Under the pieces are notes generated by a model, which saw only the letters and a list, made by a program, of their open reading frames with translations, searched no databases and was not told where the DNA came from. From Piromyces finnis finn (taxonomy: Eukaryota; Fungi; Neocallimastigomycota), in contig MCFH01000094.1 of the NCBI GenBank assembly GCA_002104945.1, positions 1-64,000 on the forward strand: a stretch of DNA of 64,000 nt. Direction: 5' to 3'. The translations under genes and the position numbers were made by a program. Within the stretch, counting starts at the first letter, position 1. Each line of letters opens with the position of its first letter. Positions 12,510 to 26,466 of this stretch are shown piece by piece.

Positions 12510-15149
12510 TCATACAATAGTGATCCTTCATGATAAAAAGTTCTCAAAAAACAGTATACAGTGGTGTAATTACTCCATTCCTAGTCATTTATATATTGCA
12601 ATCGATAAATTAAATAATGAAAACATAGTAAAAAACATAGGTATATCCTAACAATCAAATAAAGCATAAACCTTATATTCATGATAATAACACAATAATT
12701 TATATATATAATAATAGATATAAAAAAAGAACCTTCAATTCAAGTTAATAGAGATGTCGAACATATTGATTACAAACTTTATAACATTGGTGAAAGTAAT
12801 TATAAATCATAAATAATTTAATTTAAATTTTATTTAAAATTCAAATTTAAATATTTTATCAAATTTTATTATAAAACTATTAGAAATTTATGCAATATCA
12901 ATGAATTCAGATATAATAAGATCCTATTTTCCAGTAAATATTATTATATAATATATATAATATATTTTACTCTTATTCATTTAATTTTTATTATTATTAT
13001 TATATAATATATATAATATATTTTACTCTTATTCATTTAATTATTATTATTATTATTATTATCATATTTCAATGTAATAGGGCCAATTATTCTTACAACT
13101 TTCTGAAAATGGTAAAGAAATTATTTACAATTATATTAATATTGTGCCTAATTCTTATAGAAATGGTGATATCATTAATATAAATCAAAGTTTCGAAATG
13201 GAATTGGATCAAAAAATGAATAATGAACTGTCTAAAAAATATGGATTTTCTGTTGACCCAAGTATATTATTAAAGCAATATGAACATCATCCTAACCCAG
13301 AAATTGCTTTTATTGGAAAGGAATTATATCATTACATTAAAGACTCAATTCAATATCGTATACGTTTTTCTTTAGATTCATTAGTTAAACTTCAATTATT
13401 CGAAGTAAATACCCAAGATATCTATAAATTTAAGAATGAAAATTTACTAGATAATTTTAATTCCACTTCATCTTACTGTCAAAGTAATAATAATAATAAT
13501 AATTTAGATAATATTTATGGGTCATCAAACATGCCTAATAGAAAAAATAAACGTTGCTATGATGATATGAATGAAGATATTAATTCAATTCATAATGATA
13601 TCTTAAAACTCATGAATCAATTTCAAGATCAAGAGAATGAAGAGATAGATGAAAATGAAACAAAAAATATGTATGATATAAATTATTTATCAAAAAAAAC
13701 TAGATCACGAAATACAACCTATGTTTTGGTATTTGAATGGAAATACCCACCAGAAACCTTTCAAAAAATTCCATTATGGAATAATCGTTTAAAACGTAAA
13801 GCCTATCTGTGCCATGATTGGACAAAAAATGAGTCAGCTACTCATTCTAGTAGACATTTTATTTTTGGTACAAAGGCGTGCTTAACATCAATGTATTACT
13901 CCATTTTAAAAAAAGTACAACGTCTTGCAAAGGTAATTAAAACAAATAATTTAATATTTGAACCCAATATTATCAAGCATCGTATATTTCCTAAACCATT
14001 TTTAAAAGAAAGACATTTTTCCTCCTCACCAACGCCTATATTTGATAAAAATGAACTAAAAACCAAAACCATTCAGAATTTGCGTCAAATTGTGTTTAAA
14101 TATGATCTTTATGATGAAATTGATATGGATTTAGGAAGTGATAGTATTATTCGTGATCTTCTTTTATTTGATGTAAAAAATCATGACCAAAAAGATTTTG
14201 ATTTGGACGTATATCATGAAATTGCAACTTCTATATATTCAGAACAATCTCATATTCCCGACAAAAATTCCTATTATTGCTATTTCAATAATATGAATGA
14301 TCAAGCCATTCAATCCATGTTTATCATCCCAGATCCTACTTTTAAGGTACTTCAAAACTATGGGTTTAATTTTGAACAACAAATGCCATATGGTTTATTC
14401 AAGATTAAATTAGAAAAATATCCACCTTGTTTCCAAAATTTCCTTTGGAATCACATTAAACAACCAGAAATATTAATAAATTATTTCAATGAAATGGTTC
14501 CGGTAGAGGTTCAATGGAACTATCAAATTCCAGATTTTTTAATTTCCATAGTGAAAGAAGGTGATAAAATTTACTCTACTCTAAATGTTTCAACATTTAC
14601 TCAACACAATACTAATCCTGATATTTATTGGTGTTTTTGTCAACGTCGAATGCTTACTACAGATTATTATCATCATTGTCAAAAGTAATTATTCTTTTTT
14701 TTTTTTTAATATATATATGTATATTATATTATTGTATTTTTATAGTTTTATTTATTAAGTTTTATTTATTTTTTTTTTCATTGAGTACTTATAACTCTTT
14801 TTTAATATATATATTTTTTATGACTTACAATAAATAGGTGTGGTATATGTTATGGTAAGGCAATATATACATACTTTTTCATAGAATTGATTTTTATTTT
14901 TAATAAACTAAAATTATTCAAATTATCTATATTTATATTTAAATTATTATCATTATTATTAACAAAATAGATATTAATTATTGGCACTGCGATGGATGGT
15001 AAGAATTCTATTAAATAATGTTATTACAAAAATTAATAAGTACTAACATTATATTTAATGATTAATAAATTAATAGCCAAAAGTGTTCTATAGGTCAAAA
15101 TGTTGGTATATGTAATTTTTGTGGAAAAGCACGTGGTTTTAATCATTAA
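12126..15149 (+). CDS. Nine-exon uncharacterised protein with PH-like (TRF2/HOY1-type) region and C-terminal Cys/His zinc-finger cluster
   Basis: Frame-consistent GT-AG model: five short 5' exons from ATG 12126, main exon 13081-14684, then 14838-14854, 14971-14998, 15077-15149. C-terminus reads WCFCQRRMLTTDYYHHCQKCGICYDINYWHCDGCQKCSIGQNVGICNFCGKARGFNH*. Domain names are by-eye resemblance. Confidence 0.75.
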
Positions 15150-15588
15150 TTTTCTTTTCCTTTTTTTTTTTAAAGGAAAAGGTAGATAAGTTGAAAATAG
15201 ATTTTTTTAATGTATTTCATAATAGATTTAATAATATGTAGTTTTTATTTATTTATTTATTTTTATAAATCATTTTAATTATTTATTATAATAAAATAAA
15301 AATATAAACCTTCAAACATACAAAAATATAATTAAATAAATATAGATAGGATTGTTTTAATTTTTATTTTATTTTATTTTATTTATAATATATATACTAA
15401 AAAAAAACAACAATTAAAAATAAGATATCATAAAATAAATACTTTAAAATTATATTTTTGTTTGTTTGATTTTTATTTCTCTCTAAATGATTACCGTTAA
15501 ATAATATGATTGCAATAAAAGTATTTATTATTATTTTTTTATTCTATTAAATTATATTTATATAAATGATTATGTTGTGTTGTTACGC

Positions 15589-17378
15589 TTAAAGTAAATC
15601 AAAGTCATCCAACTAAAATAATATGTTAAGATGAGAGATTAGTATAAATGAAAGAAAAAAAAATATTATAAAGGAATAATATAAAATAAAAAAAACATAT
15701 ATTATTATTATTTCTTTTTTTTATTATTTAATAAAATACTTATATATATATGATTTTATTACCTTATCATTATATTTGAGAATCTTTCTCTTAATTTTAG
15801 AAGTATCAACCCAGGTAACAAAGTCTTCAAAGTTACGAGTGACAAGATAAGCAGGATCAGTAACAACTTCTGGACCAACACGAACATCTATTTTTTTTTT
15901 TTTTTTAAATTTATGTATAATATTAATTAAAATGTAAATTTATATTATTTAACAAATATTTATACTATAAACTTACGTCCTTGTTCAATAAAGGTAACAG
16001 CTTCTCTTACAGTTTCGGCCATTTTTAAACGAGCAACCATAACAATAGCTAATCTTCTTCTGTTTAGATTATAATGCATTAATACCAAAATAAAATAATA
16101 ATAATAAAAAAATTATATATAAATACAATAGAAAATTTAATAAAATTATTCTTTATTATATAACTACCAACTACTAGTATTTAAGATATAAATTTTCTTT
16201 AAATTAATATACTGACCTACAAAAAGCGGATACAGTAACCTTATTAGCTTGACTAAGAGTACGTTTAGTTCCAATTATACCCATATTATAAAGCTTATCT
16301 AATAATGATTCTGACATTTGATTTCTATATGGATCACGGGGATCAAGTAAAGACAATTTATTACAAAGTTTTCTAATTTGGCCACAGATTTTATTGTACC
16401 TATAAAAAATAGTAAATTTTCATTAACATATTATCAACAACAGGAAAATATTATATATTGAAAAAAAATAAATAAATTATAATTGATTTTAATTATTTAT
16501 TTTCATATTTTTTAATTTCGCAAAAATGTACATATCAATATTTATTATTATTATTATTATTATTCAAATTGATAATGTATTTTAAATGAGAATTGTAGTT
16601 GTTTAAATACATTTCATATATATTATTCATTGTTAAATTAATTTGAGATTAAATTGAATATATTTTATAAATTTCATTATTGAGTTTAATTTTTTTTCAA
16701 TATTATCAGCAAAAATATTTTAATTAAATCATTTTAAAATAATTAAAATTTCGGATTTATTTTTTTATTTTCTTAAGAATAAATATTTTGTCAATATATT
16801 CAAACTTTTTTTTTTTTTTTTTTTTTTATTTCTTATTTTTAAATAATAGAAATTGAAATATCATTTGACCTTTGTTTATATATATAATACAATATAATTA
16901 GGTATATTATAATAATTTTAAGCAAACATTTGATAAAATCTCAATTAAACATATTTAATAATGATGGGAAAAGATATTAATAAAACTTTTCATAAATGCT
17001 TTTAATATATCAGTAAATTATATATATTTAATATATAATATTAATAATTATTATATTTTTATTTAATTTATCTTAATTATTCCCTATTTAAATTTAACTA
17101 ATATGCTAATATGAAATGAACATTAATTTTCTTGATAATATTTATTTATATATATTTTTTAAAAAAAATAGTTGTGTTGAGAAACATATATGAAAATTTA
17201 TAATTGAAAATCTTTTAAAATAAAAAAGAAATAAGTGTTACTTTATATAATCATCTCTCTTTTGAATGTGATATCTTCTCATAACCTTAATTTCTTGAAG
17301 GTTATTATCAGATTTCCAGTCGATGAAATCGACTTTCTTTAAAAGTTTCTTTTCATGAAATTTCAAATTTCTAACCAT
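15589..17378 (-). CDS. IMP3: U3 snoRNP protein Imp3 (S4-domain), 5 exons
   Basis: Exons translate to [45 protein letters not shown]...[83 protein letters not shown]. Not in the ORF track because of introns. Confidence 0.93.
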
Positions 17379-18201
17379 TTTTAAATGACTTTTATTTAAT
17401 TATTCATACAAAGAAAAAAAAAAAAATTTTTTTTTAGTTATTTTTTAACATTAAAATTTAAGTGAAAAAAATTAAAATTCTACTAATCAAATTTTTGATT
17501 AATATATGAAGTAATAAAAAATAATATATAAATAAATTTATTATATATGAAACCACTTTTAAAAAATAATTATTTTAAGATAAAAAGAAAACAATTTGGA
17601 ATAAAAATTTGATTATATAGAAATATAAAAAGAATTGGATATTTTTATAAACATTTATAATTTATTACTACAATTGTTATACGGAAGCTTTATATTATAT
17701 AAATAAAAAAAAAAAATTTCTTATTTATTTATACTTTAGGTAAATAAGAATATATTTTTTTACATTAATAATTTTAAAGTAATGTTACACGAAATGAAAA
17801 TAAAATTTCACTTTAAAATTTTTTAATTATAACAAAAGAAGTATAGTATAATAATTAATTTGATTATAGTTGTTTTTTTCTATATAATATTAATATTATC
17901 TATATGATTTACTATATTTAGTTACTATCTTATTCTTTTATACTATATTAGTATTGTATTTAATAATTAATTTAATTACATTCCATAAAGTATAATAGTT
18001 TTCATAATTAGATGAACGAGCTTTTAAATGATACTTTTTTTTTTTAATAATTTTTAATTTTTATCAACTTATAATTTAAAAAAATTTAATATATTCATAA
18101 AATTTTGATAATCCATATAAATAAAAAATTAATTTATTACTTTTTTTTTTTTTTGTTAATAAAAAAGTTTTTAATTATATAAAAAATAAGAATCTACAAA
18201 A

Positions 18202-18329
18202 ATGGCTAAATCTGTCCTTTTTCTTTTAAGTGAAGGTTCCGAAGAAATGGAAGTAAGGACTTATTGCATAAAGAATGAAAACTATTAATAAAATATAATA
18301 TTACATAAAAAATAAAATTAATTAAATTT

Positions 18330-18362
<33 letters not shown>

Positions 18363-19637
18363 CAGAGCACTATCACTATTGATGTTTTACGTAGAGCTGG
18401 CGTAAGTAAAAATCATTAATAATAATAAGAAGAATAAGAAACTATTATTATTTTATCAAATGTATTGATGCATAAATATTAATAGTAGTGGTAAAAAAAG
18501 AAAAAAAAAGAAATTCGTTTAATGTTGTTTCTATAACATTTTAAAATCAATAGATTTACAAAATGAACTATTTATCAATCTTTTTTTATTATAGTTTTAA
18601 TTTCTATAAAAAAATAAAATTATTAATTGATAATTAATATATATAATCTAAAAATAAAAAAAAAAAGTTAAATGTTACTGTTGCAGGTCTTCAAGGGGCA
18701 CAACCACTTCTTTGTAGTAGAAATGTTGTCATTAAGCCAGATGTTGCACTTGAAGACATTAAGGACAAGGTAATAATACAAATTGATAAATAATAATGAT
18801 AATAATTAAAAATACTAATTTAAATATTTTTTATTATTATTATTTTTTATATTATCTATTAAATAGCTTGCATTTGATGCTATTGTTCTTCCAGGCGGTA
18901 ATGATGGTGCTCACAACTTTGCTACCGTAATTTTTTTCTCTCTTTTTTTTTCTTTTTTAAAAAAAACTTTATATATAAATATAAATATAATTCAAAATTA
19001 ATCAATTTTGAATGTATAATTTTTATTATTATTTTTTTATTATTATCGAAATTTTTAGTCACCACTTGTTCAACAATTACTTAAAGATTATTATAATGAA
19101 AAAAAGTTAGTTGCAGCCATCTGTGCAGGTAATTATCTTAAAATTAAATTCAATTTATTTTCATAATAATAATGAATATCTTCCTAATTTCTAAATTACT
19201 ATTGTTATTATTATTTACTAAATAATATTAAAAAATATTAAATAATATTAATAAAATAAAATAAAAATTAAAGCTCCAACTGCTATTATTGCTGCTGGTA
19301 TTCACAAGAACGGAAAAATTACTTCTTATCCAACTCTTGAAGAAAAATTCACTGATTATCAATACCAACAAGATCGTGTTGTTGTTGACGGTAACGTCCT
19401 TACTAGGTATGCCTCGAATTCTCTATATTTATACTAGCTATAATTAATAAATTGCATTTTTTTAAAATTAACGAACAAAAAAATTTTTTTTTTTCTTAAT
19501 ATTAACTTAATAGTCGCGGTCCAGGTACTACTTTTGAATTTGCTCTTTCCATTGTTAAATATTTAGTTGATATTGAAACTACTAAAAAGGTTGCTGGTGG
19601 TATGGTTCTTACCAACGATATTTTAGCTACCTTATAA
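18202..19637 (+). CDS. PARK7: DJ-1/PfpI family protein (glyoxalase III/deglycase-like), 7 exons
   Basis: Exons give MAKSVLFLLSEGSEEME, TIDVLRRAG, VTVAGL...CSRNVVIKPD, FDAIVLPGG, LVAAICAAP (catalytic Cys), RVVVDGNVLTSRGPGTTFEFAL; all GT-AG. Confidence 0.93.
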
Positions 19638-21015
19638 AATATATCGAAAATTTAAGAAAATATAAACTTAATAATAAGGTGAAATTTTACTTAAAATATG
19701 TAAAAATAAAATGAAAAGAACATCAACAACAATACTATAAATTATTCAAACTATTATTAATAATGAAATTTTCGAAAAGTTTTTTAAATGATAAATAAAT
19801 AAATATAAAAATTAACAAGAATTAAAAAAAAAAAATAATAACAATTCAAGTATTTTTTCCATTAAAGTATCTTTAATGAATTCTAGTTTTGCGAAAGGGA
19901 ATATATTTCTTTCTATAATTCCATAATTACAGAATTTAGCACATGAAATAAAATAAAAATAAAATAAAAGAAAAAAAAATTATATAAGTAGCGAATGTTT
20001 TAAAACTTATTATTTAATTGAAATTATTGATGTATGAAATTTAAAAAAATTATAATTAAACACAAATGTATTAAAAAATGAATATGTGTTCTAGTAATTT
20101 TAGAAGGCCACTATTATATTATTTTAATTAAAACTATAATGCATGTGTATTTTAAAATAAATTTAATTAAACACAAATAAATAAAAAATGAGTACAATAT
20201 ATTCTAGTACTTGTAATTAGAATAAGAAAGTCATTATTATACTTGAGTGTGATAATTGTATATGATCTATAATGGAATTCAGCCTCAAAGATTATAATTT
20301 TGTCATTAGTACAAAATTATGATCATAAAAGAATTATTTAAATTTTAAGGAGTTAGAATTATCATTTTCATTATTACTATAAATACTATTATCTCTATCC
20401 TAATTATTACTATTATCACTATCATTAATAATATTACTAATGTTATTACAATTATCATTATTCCTAATGTTGTTATTATCATCGATATTTTTATAATAAA
20501 TTAGAAATATTGTCACTATTATTAATAGAATTATTTGAATGACTTTTGTCAATTGAATAACTGGACTAAACAATTGCATTTTTGATTACAGATATTATAT
20601 TAATTTGCTTTATTTCTATTAAAAACAAATAACAAAATAAACCGCAATCTAAATGCTAAATGAAATAGCCTCTAATTTTTTATTCAATAAAACAAAAGTT
20701 TTTATTACACCTATTTTATATATATATATCAATTTTAATAAATATATAAAATTTCTATTTTTGATTTTAAATTAAGAAAGCGTTTTATTTATATAAAATT
20801 GAAATAATAAAAAATTTTTTTTTAATTTTTTTAATTTCTTTAACTTTTTTTTCTGTTTGTTTGTTTATTTTACAATTTTTTTTTTTTTTTATTATTATTA
20901 TAATTATTATTGTTATTATTATTAATTTTTTTTATATTCATTCATTATATTTATTTTTTTTAAATGATTATCAAAATCTATTTGGATGTTACTTATATTT
21001 TCATATACTAAAATC

Positions 21016-21047
<32 letters not shown>

Positions 21048-21290
21048 CATTTTTCTAAATTAAGTGAAAAAATATGAAATATATATAATTATATAATTCA
21101 TATTGATTTGTCTTATATAAATATTTTATCGAAAATTATTATTTTATAGATTATAATTTATGTTAAATATACTTTATTAGTAGAATAACGGTTATATTTC
21201 ATTATTATTATTTGTTGGTTTTCTTATTGAGATTACTTTATTTTAAATAAAAAATGATGTATTATATTCAAAATAAAATTATTATTTTAT

Positions 21291-22889
21291 TTAAAACCAA
21301 GTAACAAAATCGCATTGCTTTTCAGTAGCTTCATTTAATTCTCTACGCCATTGAACTTCTGGAGCATCACGTTTGTTATTGGCAATTTGTTGACGTTCAA
21401 TTCTTTCAATATCATCGTGAGTTAATGGCTTTTCAGAACCAGCAGTAGCAGCAAAGGCCTTAGAACGGTTTAAACGAGATTGGAGATAGGTAAATAATTC
21501 TTCTGGTGGATCATTTAACTTTCTAGAAGCAACAAAGATTTCATAAGTATCTGGTAATGGCTTTTCAGTGAATTTTCTTGCCTTGGCAACCTTTAATTCA
21601 ACATCACCAATCCAGTTATGAATAGTTGGGTTCTTTTGATCACCTTCAGATGAAATGATAATCTTACCATTCTTTTCAGTAATATTTGTGTAAACTTCAT
21701 CTGGCTTAGATGGATCATTGTTCTTGATCTTGTAAATGTATTGATTGTCCTTTTCTAACCAGTAACGAAGAGCTTCTAATTTCTTTTCTCCTAAGAAGAC
21801 ATCACCAAAGATAAATGGACGAGCTTTATAATTGTTGTTATCCTTTGTGTGATGAACATCAATAGCACTACCAACAGAAGCAGCCCATAAAGCCATTTCA
21901 ACCATGTAGAACATTTGAGCAGTGGTACTAATAGTTGGTTTGCAAGAATATGGAATCTTTGGGAATTGAGTACCCTTTGGAAGGTTAGAACGGTCAAAAC
22001 TATCTAAGAACATACGACGTAAGTAAGTTAAACTAATGAAGTTTGGAGTAATTCTAGCTAAATCACTGAAGGAACGATCGTAATCAGTAACTAAATAGAA
22101 AGCAGTCCAATGTTCAATAGCACATTTGTCCCATGGTTCCTTCATAATCTTAGTACCTAAAACTTCAACACTATTTTCATCAGTGTATGGAGTTTTGGTT
22201 TCTGGATATTTGTCACCACTCATTTGAACTTCAACAGATTCAGATAAAGAGTAAAGAACATCAACCATTAATGTGTGAATTTGATTGTACCAAAGCTTTT
22301 CAATTTCTTCTAAGGAAAGATCCTTTCCAATGAATTGTTCAACACTAGTACAACCTTCACTTTTCTTTAACATGTCTGGTTGAGTTAATAAATATCTACG
22401 GAATAAAATTTCACCATAAATTCCTTGGTCAAAGGTAATAATGTTCTTAATATCATCAATAAGAGTCTTCTTCTTGTCAATAACAATAGGATCAAGAGAA
22501 GCAACGTTCTTCTTGGCGGCAAGCTTCTTACGGCATCTTTCTTCTAATTCTTCATATTGCTTAATTTCATCAATTGAACTTTGAATAGTCTTAGCGTATT
22601 TATGATCTCTTTCAGTTTTACCAGTGTGTTCTTGGCGGTTCCAGAAGTATTCGATTCTCTTTCTAGTATCAATACAAGTAGTAATAAGTTCTAAAGTCTT
22701 TTCAATATCTGGGATTTCACGACTTCTCTTAATCTTAGCAGAAAGAGTATCAATAGTTTCTTCTGGAATTAATGTTTGTAAGTTGTTAATGAAAACATTT
22801 CCACCATGACTAATATCAAGTCCATTTAATTTTCCATCAAGACTCTTAGTAATATTATCAACAAAATCGTATTCACTACTTTGGAACAT
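21291..22889 (-). CDS. Uncharacterised 532-aa protein, no internal intron
   Basis: Long ORF in an AT-rich background with frequent AAG/AAC/ACC/GAC/CGT codons like the DJ-1 exons. No motif recognised. A TTATAG acceptor-like site 2 nt before the ATG could allow an upstream exon. Confidence 0.85.
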   Translation of the reverse strand: MFQSSEYDFVDNITKSLDGKLNGLDISHGGNVFINNLQTLIPEETIDTLSAKIKRSREIPDIEKTLELITTCIDTRKRIEYFWNRQEHTGKTERDHKYAKTIQSSIDEIKQYEELEERCRKKLAAKKNVASLDPIVIDKKKTLIDDIKNIITFDQGIYGEILFRRYLLTQPDMLKKSEGCTSVEQFIGKDLSLEEIEKLWYNQIHTLMVDVLYSLSESVEVQMSGDKYPETKTPYTDENSVEVLGTKIMKEPWDKCAIEHWTAFYLVTDYDRSFSDLARITPNFISLTYLRRMFLDSFDRSNLPKGTQFPKIPYSCKPTISTTAQMFYMVEMALWAASVGSAIDVHHTKDNNNYKARPFIFGDVFLGEKKLEALRYWLEKDNQYIYKIKNNDPSKPDEVYTNITEKNGKIIISSEGDQKNPTIHNWIGDVELKVAKARKFTEKPLPDTYEIFVASRKLNDPPEELFTYLQSRLNRSKAFAATAGSEKPLTHDDIERIERQQIANNKRDAPEVQWRRELNEATEKQCDFVTWF

Positions 22890-25800
22890 GTCTATAAGAT
22901 ATTATTAAACAATACTTTTGTTTTAAATATCAATAAAATAAAGTTATTATTAAAATTAATTATTCATTTCATATATTTAAATATATTTTATATTATTTTT
23001 TTTATTTTATTTTAATTTCCTCTATCATATTTTTCTTCTTTAATATAATGTGTATATTCAAAAGTAAATAATAAATTTCAATATACATTAAAATATTGAC
23101 TTTATATTTATTTTTTTTTTAATTTGCTTATTTTATTTTACTATATTAATTTTATTTACTTTTTATTGTATTTCTATTCATTTATTTTTTTTGAGAAATA
23201 TTGTGTTATCTTCATTATAAATATTTCCATAGTTTACTAATATAAAAATAGTCTTTGAATACATTTTATTAATTAGGTATTTTGTTTGTATATATATCTT
23301 TTTTTTTTGTTTGTTTTTGTTTTTGAACTTTTTAATATACTAAATATTTTTTTTATCTTTTGCTAGTTTTTCTTAGTTTAATACTATTAATTACTCTGTT
23401 AATATTATTTTACTCTTATTTTATTACCTTTAAATATTATACAATAATTTAAAATAAATAATATATACTTCTAAATATATATAACAAATAAATGTTATAA
23501 ATAAAATATTTTAAAATACTTTAAATAGATAAACAAAAAAAAAAAAAAGAAAAAGAAAAAAATAAAATATTTTATATTCTATTTATATGATAAATAAATT
23601 ATTTATATTTATTTGTAATAATTAATTAATAATTTAACTTAAAAGATCTATTATAAAAAATATGGTTAATAAATATATCACAATATCATTATTTAATATT
23701 AAAAAAAATAAATCTTATTATTTATACTAGTATATAATTAAATAAATGTATTATTTAATAAAAATTTATTATATTATACTTTAATATACAACATAATATT
23801 AATTATATTTTTAAAGCATATTAAATAATATACAAACATGAATTAATTATAATATATTTTTTAATTATATATTGCGATTCTTATAATATATATCAAAAAT
23901 AATATTTTACATATAATTTAACATAGAACTGAAACGAATAAAAGAAAAAAGCTCCATTACACAGTATTAAAATCACCTCCTGAAAGTAATACAAATACAA
24001 AGGTTAAATTAAAAACTGAAAATTAATAAAAAAAAAATAAAAAAAAATAAAAAATATTTAAGCATATATATTCAATTTAATTTTTAGAAGCCATGCTTAT
24101 TACTGTATTTATATGAAAATACTAATTTTTTTTGAGTTGTGACATTTTAAATGAAATCTTTATTAAAAAGTTGCTATATTATTTTATTTATCACTTTTTT
24201 TTTATTCTTCTAAATAGTATTTAGCTTCAAAGTAAGAGTTAAGAAGAAAAAACTTTTCAATTCCATATAAATGTTATTATATTAATATAAAATTTCTTTT
24301 ATTATTAGATGGTAATTATTCTATTTATTTCTCTTATTATATATCCCTAACCGACTAAAAAATTGATACTTTTCATTTACTTTTCTTTATCAACATTATA
24401 ATAATTAAAAAGTTTTTTTTATGTTATAAACTATTTTCTTAACATTTTAGTTTATTAATAATCATTATATTATAATTATCTCTTCACCTCGTTACATTAT
24501 TTATTCTATTTTAATTATCTCCTCATCTTCTTTTATTATTTATAAGTAATGATTTTTTTTTCTTTTAGATTGTTGTTGGTTATCTCTTTAAATTTATGTC
24601 TTTTAATGTCACAAACTTTATTGATTATAATTTATATTATTTTGATTTTATTAAATGGAGGATCGTACTAAATATGTAGGTAAAACTTCATTTAAACCAA
24701 TCATTGAATCACAGCACCTTTACCTCTTAATAGTAAATATATTATTCCTTGATTTTATTAATTTATAAAACTTTGGTTTTGATTCATTTCCCCATTAATT
24801 ATAAGTATATTACAATATAGTAGTTTAAATTATTAAATTTTAAACTTCAACATTTGATTTAATTTATTTATATTAAATTTATTTATTTAATGAAAAACTA
24901 ATTGAAATATTATTATTTAATTATAATTATAAACGTTGAATAATTTTATTAATCAAGGTTAAGAAGAATGTTTGCTATAAAAGGATAAAATAAAATTAAA
25001 TATTAAAACCTTATTTACTATAAATTAAAGAATATATAATTAATTAAAATATTGTAAGGATAAAAGAATTAATGAGAATAAATAATATAAATAAAAACTA
25101 ATAATTTGATATAATAGTTATATAAAATATTAAAATATCTAGATTAAAGGTAAAAGCAATAATTGATAGATAATTGATAATAAATTTAATATTAAGGAAT
25201 TATTATTTAATTGTTTATTACTAGTTTTTTATAATAATAATTTACAATAAATAAAAAGGGTTAGAGGTTTAATTTAATATTAATATGGTGTATATTTAAA
25301 TGATGATTATTCTAATTTTTATATATGTTTTTAAATGTTGAATTAAATTTTTAAATAAAAAATAAATAAACAGAAAAATTAAAATAAAAATATAGTTTCA
25401 ATATTTATAATATACTTTTTTTATATTAATTTTCTTCTTAATACAAAAATCTAAGTTATTTTATTAAAATATGTACTACTATTTAATTTATATGAGTAAA
25501 TCAATAAATTCAATAAATTTACAATAAAAATAATAAATGTAATTACAACAAAAAAAAATAAATATATAATAATAAAAAATAAATAAAATAAAAAAATTTG
25601 ATAATTTTAAATATTATTATTATTTATATATAAAAATATTTCTTTGTATTTAATTTTGATAAAAATTATTAAATGTTAAACTTTAATTAATAATAAGATT
25701 ATAATGTAAATTACTAATGTAATGTTTCTTATAATAATCGTAATGTAAAGTATTACTAATTAACATTAGCCATATATTTTAGTATAAAAAGAAATTATAA

Positions 25801-26466
25801 ATGTTTTTGTAATTACCTTTATTAATTCTTATAAATAAACTTTATAAATTTATTTATCAAAAATAGTAGATATTATATTGAAAATGAAAATAGAAAAATT
25901 TTACATTTAATATTCTTTAATATGTCATAAATATTTATTACCAATATTATCGATTAAAATATAATATATCTTTTTCTAACTGAAATTTATTAACTATAAG
26001 TAAAACTCCATTTTCCGACTTTTATATATATAAAATGATAATAAATGAGGAAAATTTTGATTGAAAGAAAAATATGTCTTTCAACTATTTTATATGACCA
26101 ATTATTTTACATGATAAGTGAAATAATGTATATATAGTTTTTGGAGATGTATTGTTTGCAGCAATAATCAAATTTATCAAGGGGGTGTTGTTTTTATTTA
26201 TTTGATTTTAGTTTTATCTATAATCAGTTTTTTTTTAAACATTCTTTATTTTTTAAAATTTATTTCATAATTTCTTTTTATTTACATATTCAATACTTGT
26301 ATATTAATAATTTTTTTAATTCTAGGTTTATTTAATTATTAAGTATTCATAATAAAAAAAAACATAGTATTATTCCATTTCGATGCTTTTTGTTTTATTA
26401 ACGTTTAATGTGAATCATAATAATGTTTATCATTAAAGATATAATAAAGTGTTTTCCAATTAAAGC

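Noticed and set aside
15589-17378. Ribosomal protein S9/S4 as the identity of the spliced gene
   Set aside because: The N-terminus ([18 protein letters not shown]) and VTWVDxSKIK...DDFDL C-terminus are Imp3-specific.
20050-20230. Diverged ~105-bp tandem duplication (also a ~50-bp one at 12950-13045)
   Set aside because: Local slippage-type duplications in AT-rich non-coding DNA with no sign of function.
23930-24030. Possible isolated exon (TETNKRKKLHYTVLKSPPES...)
   Set aside because: No partner exons or recognisable homology; too short to support.
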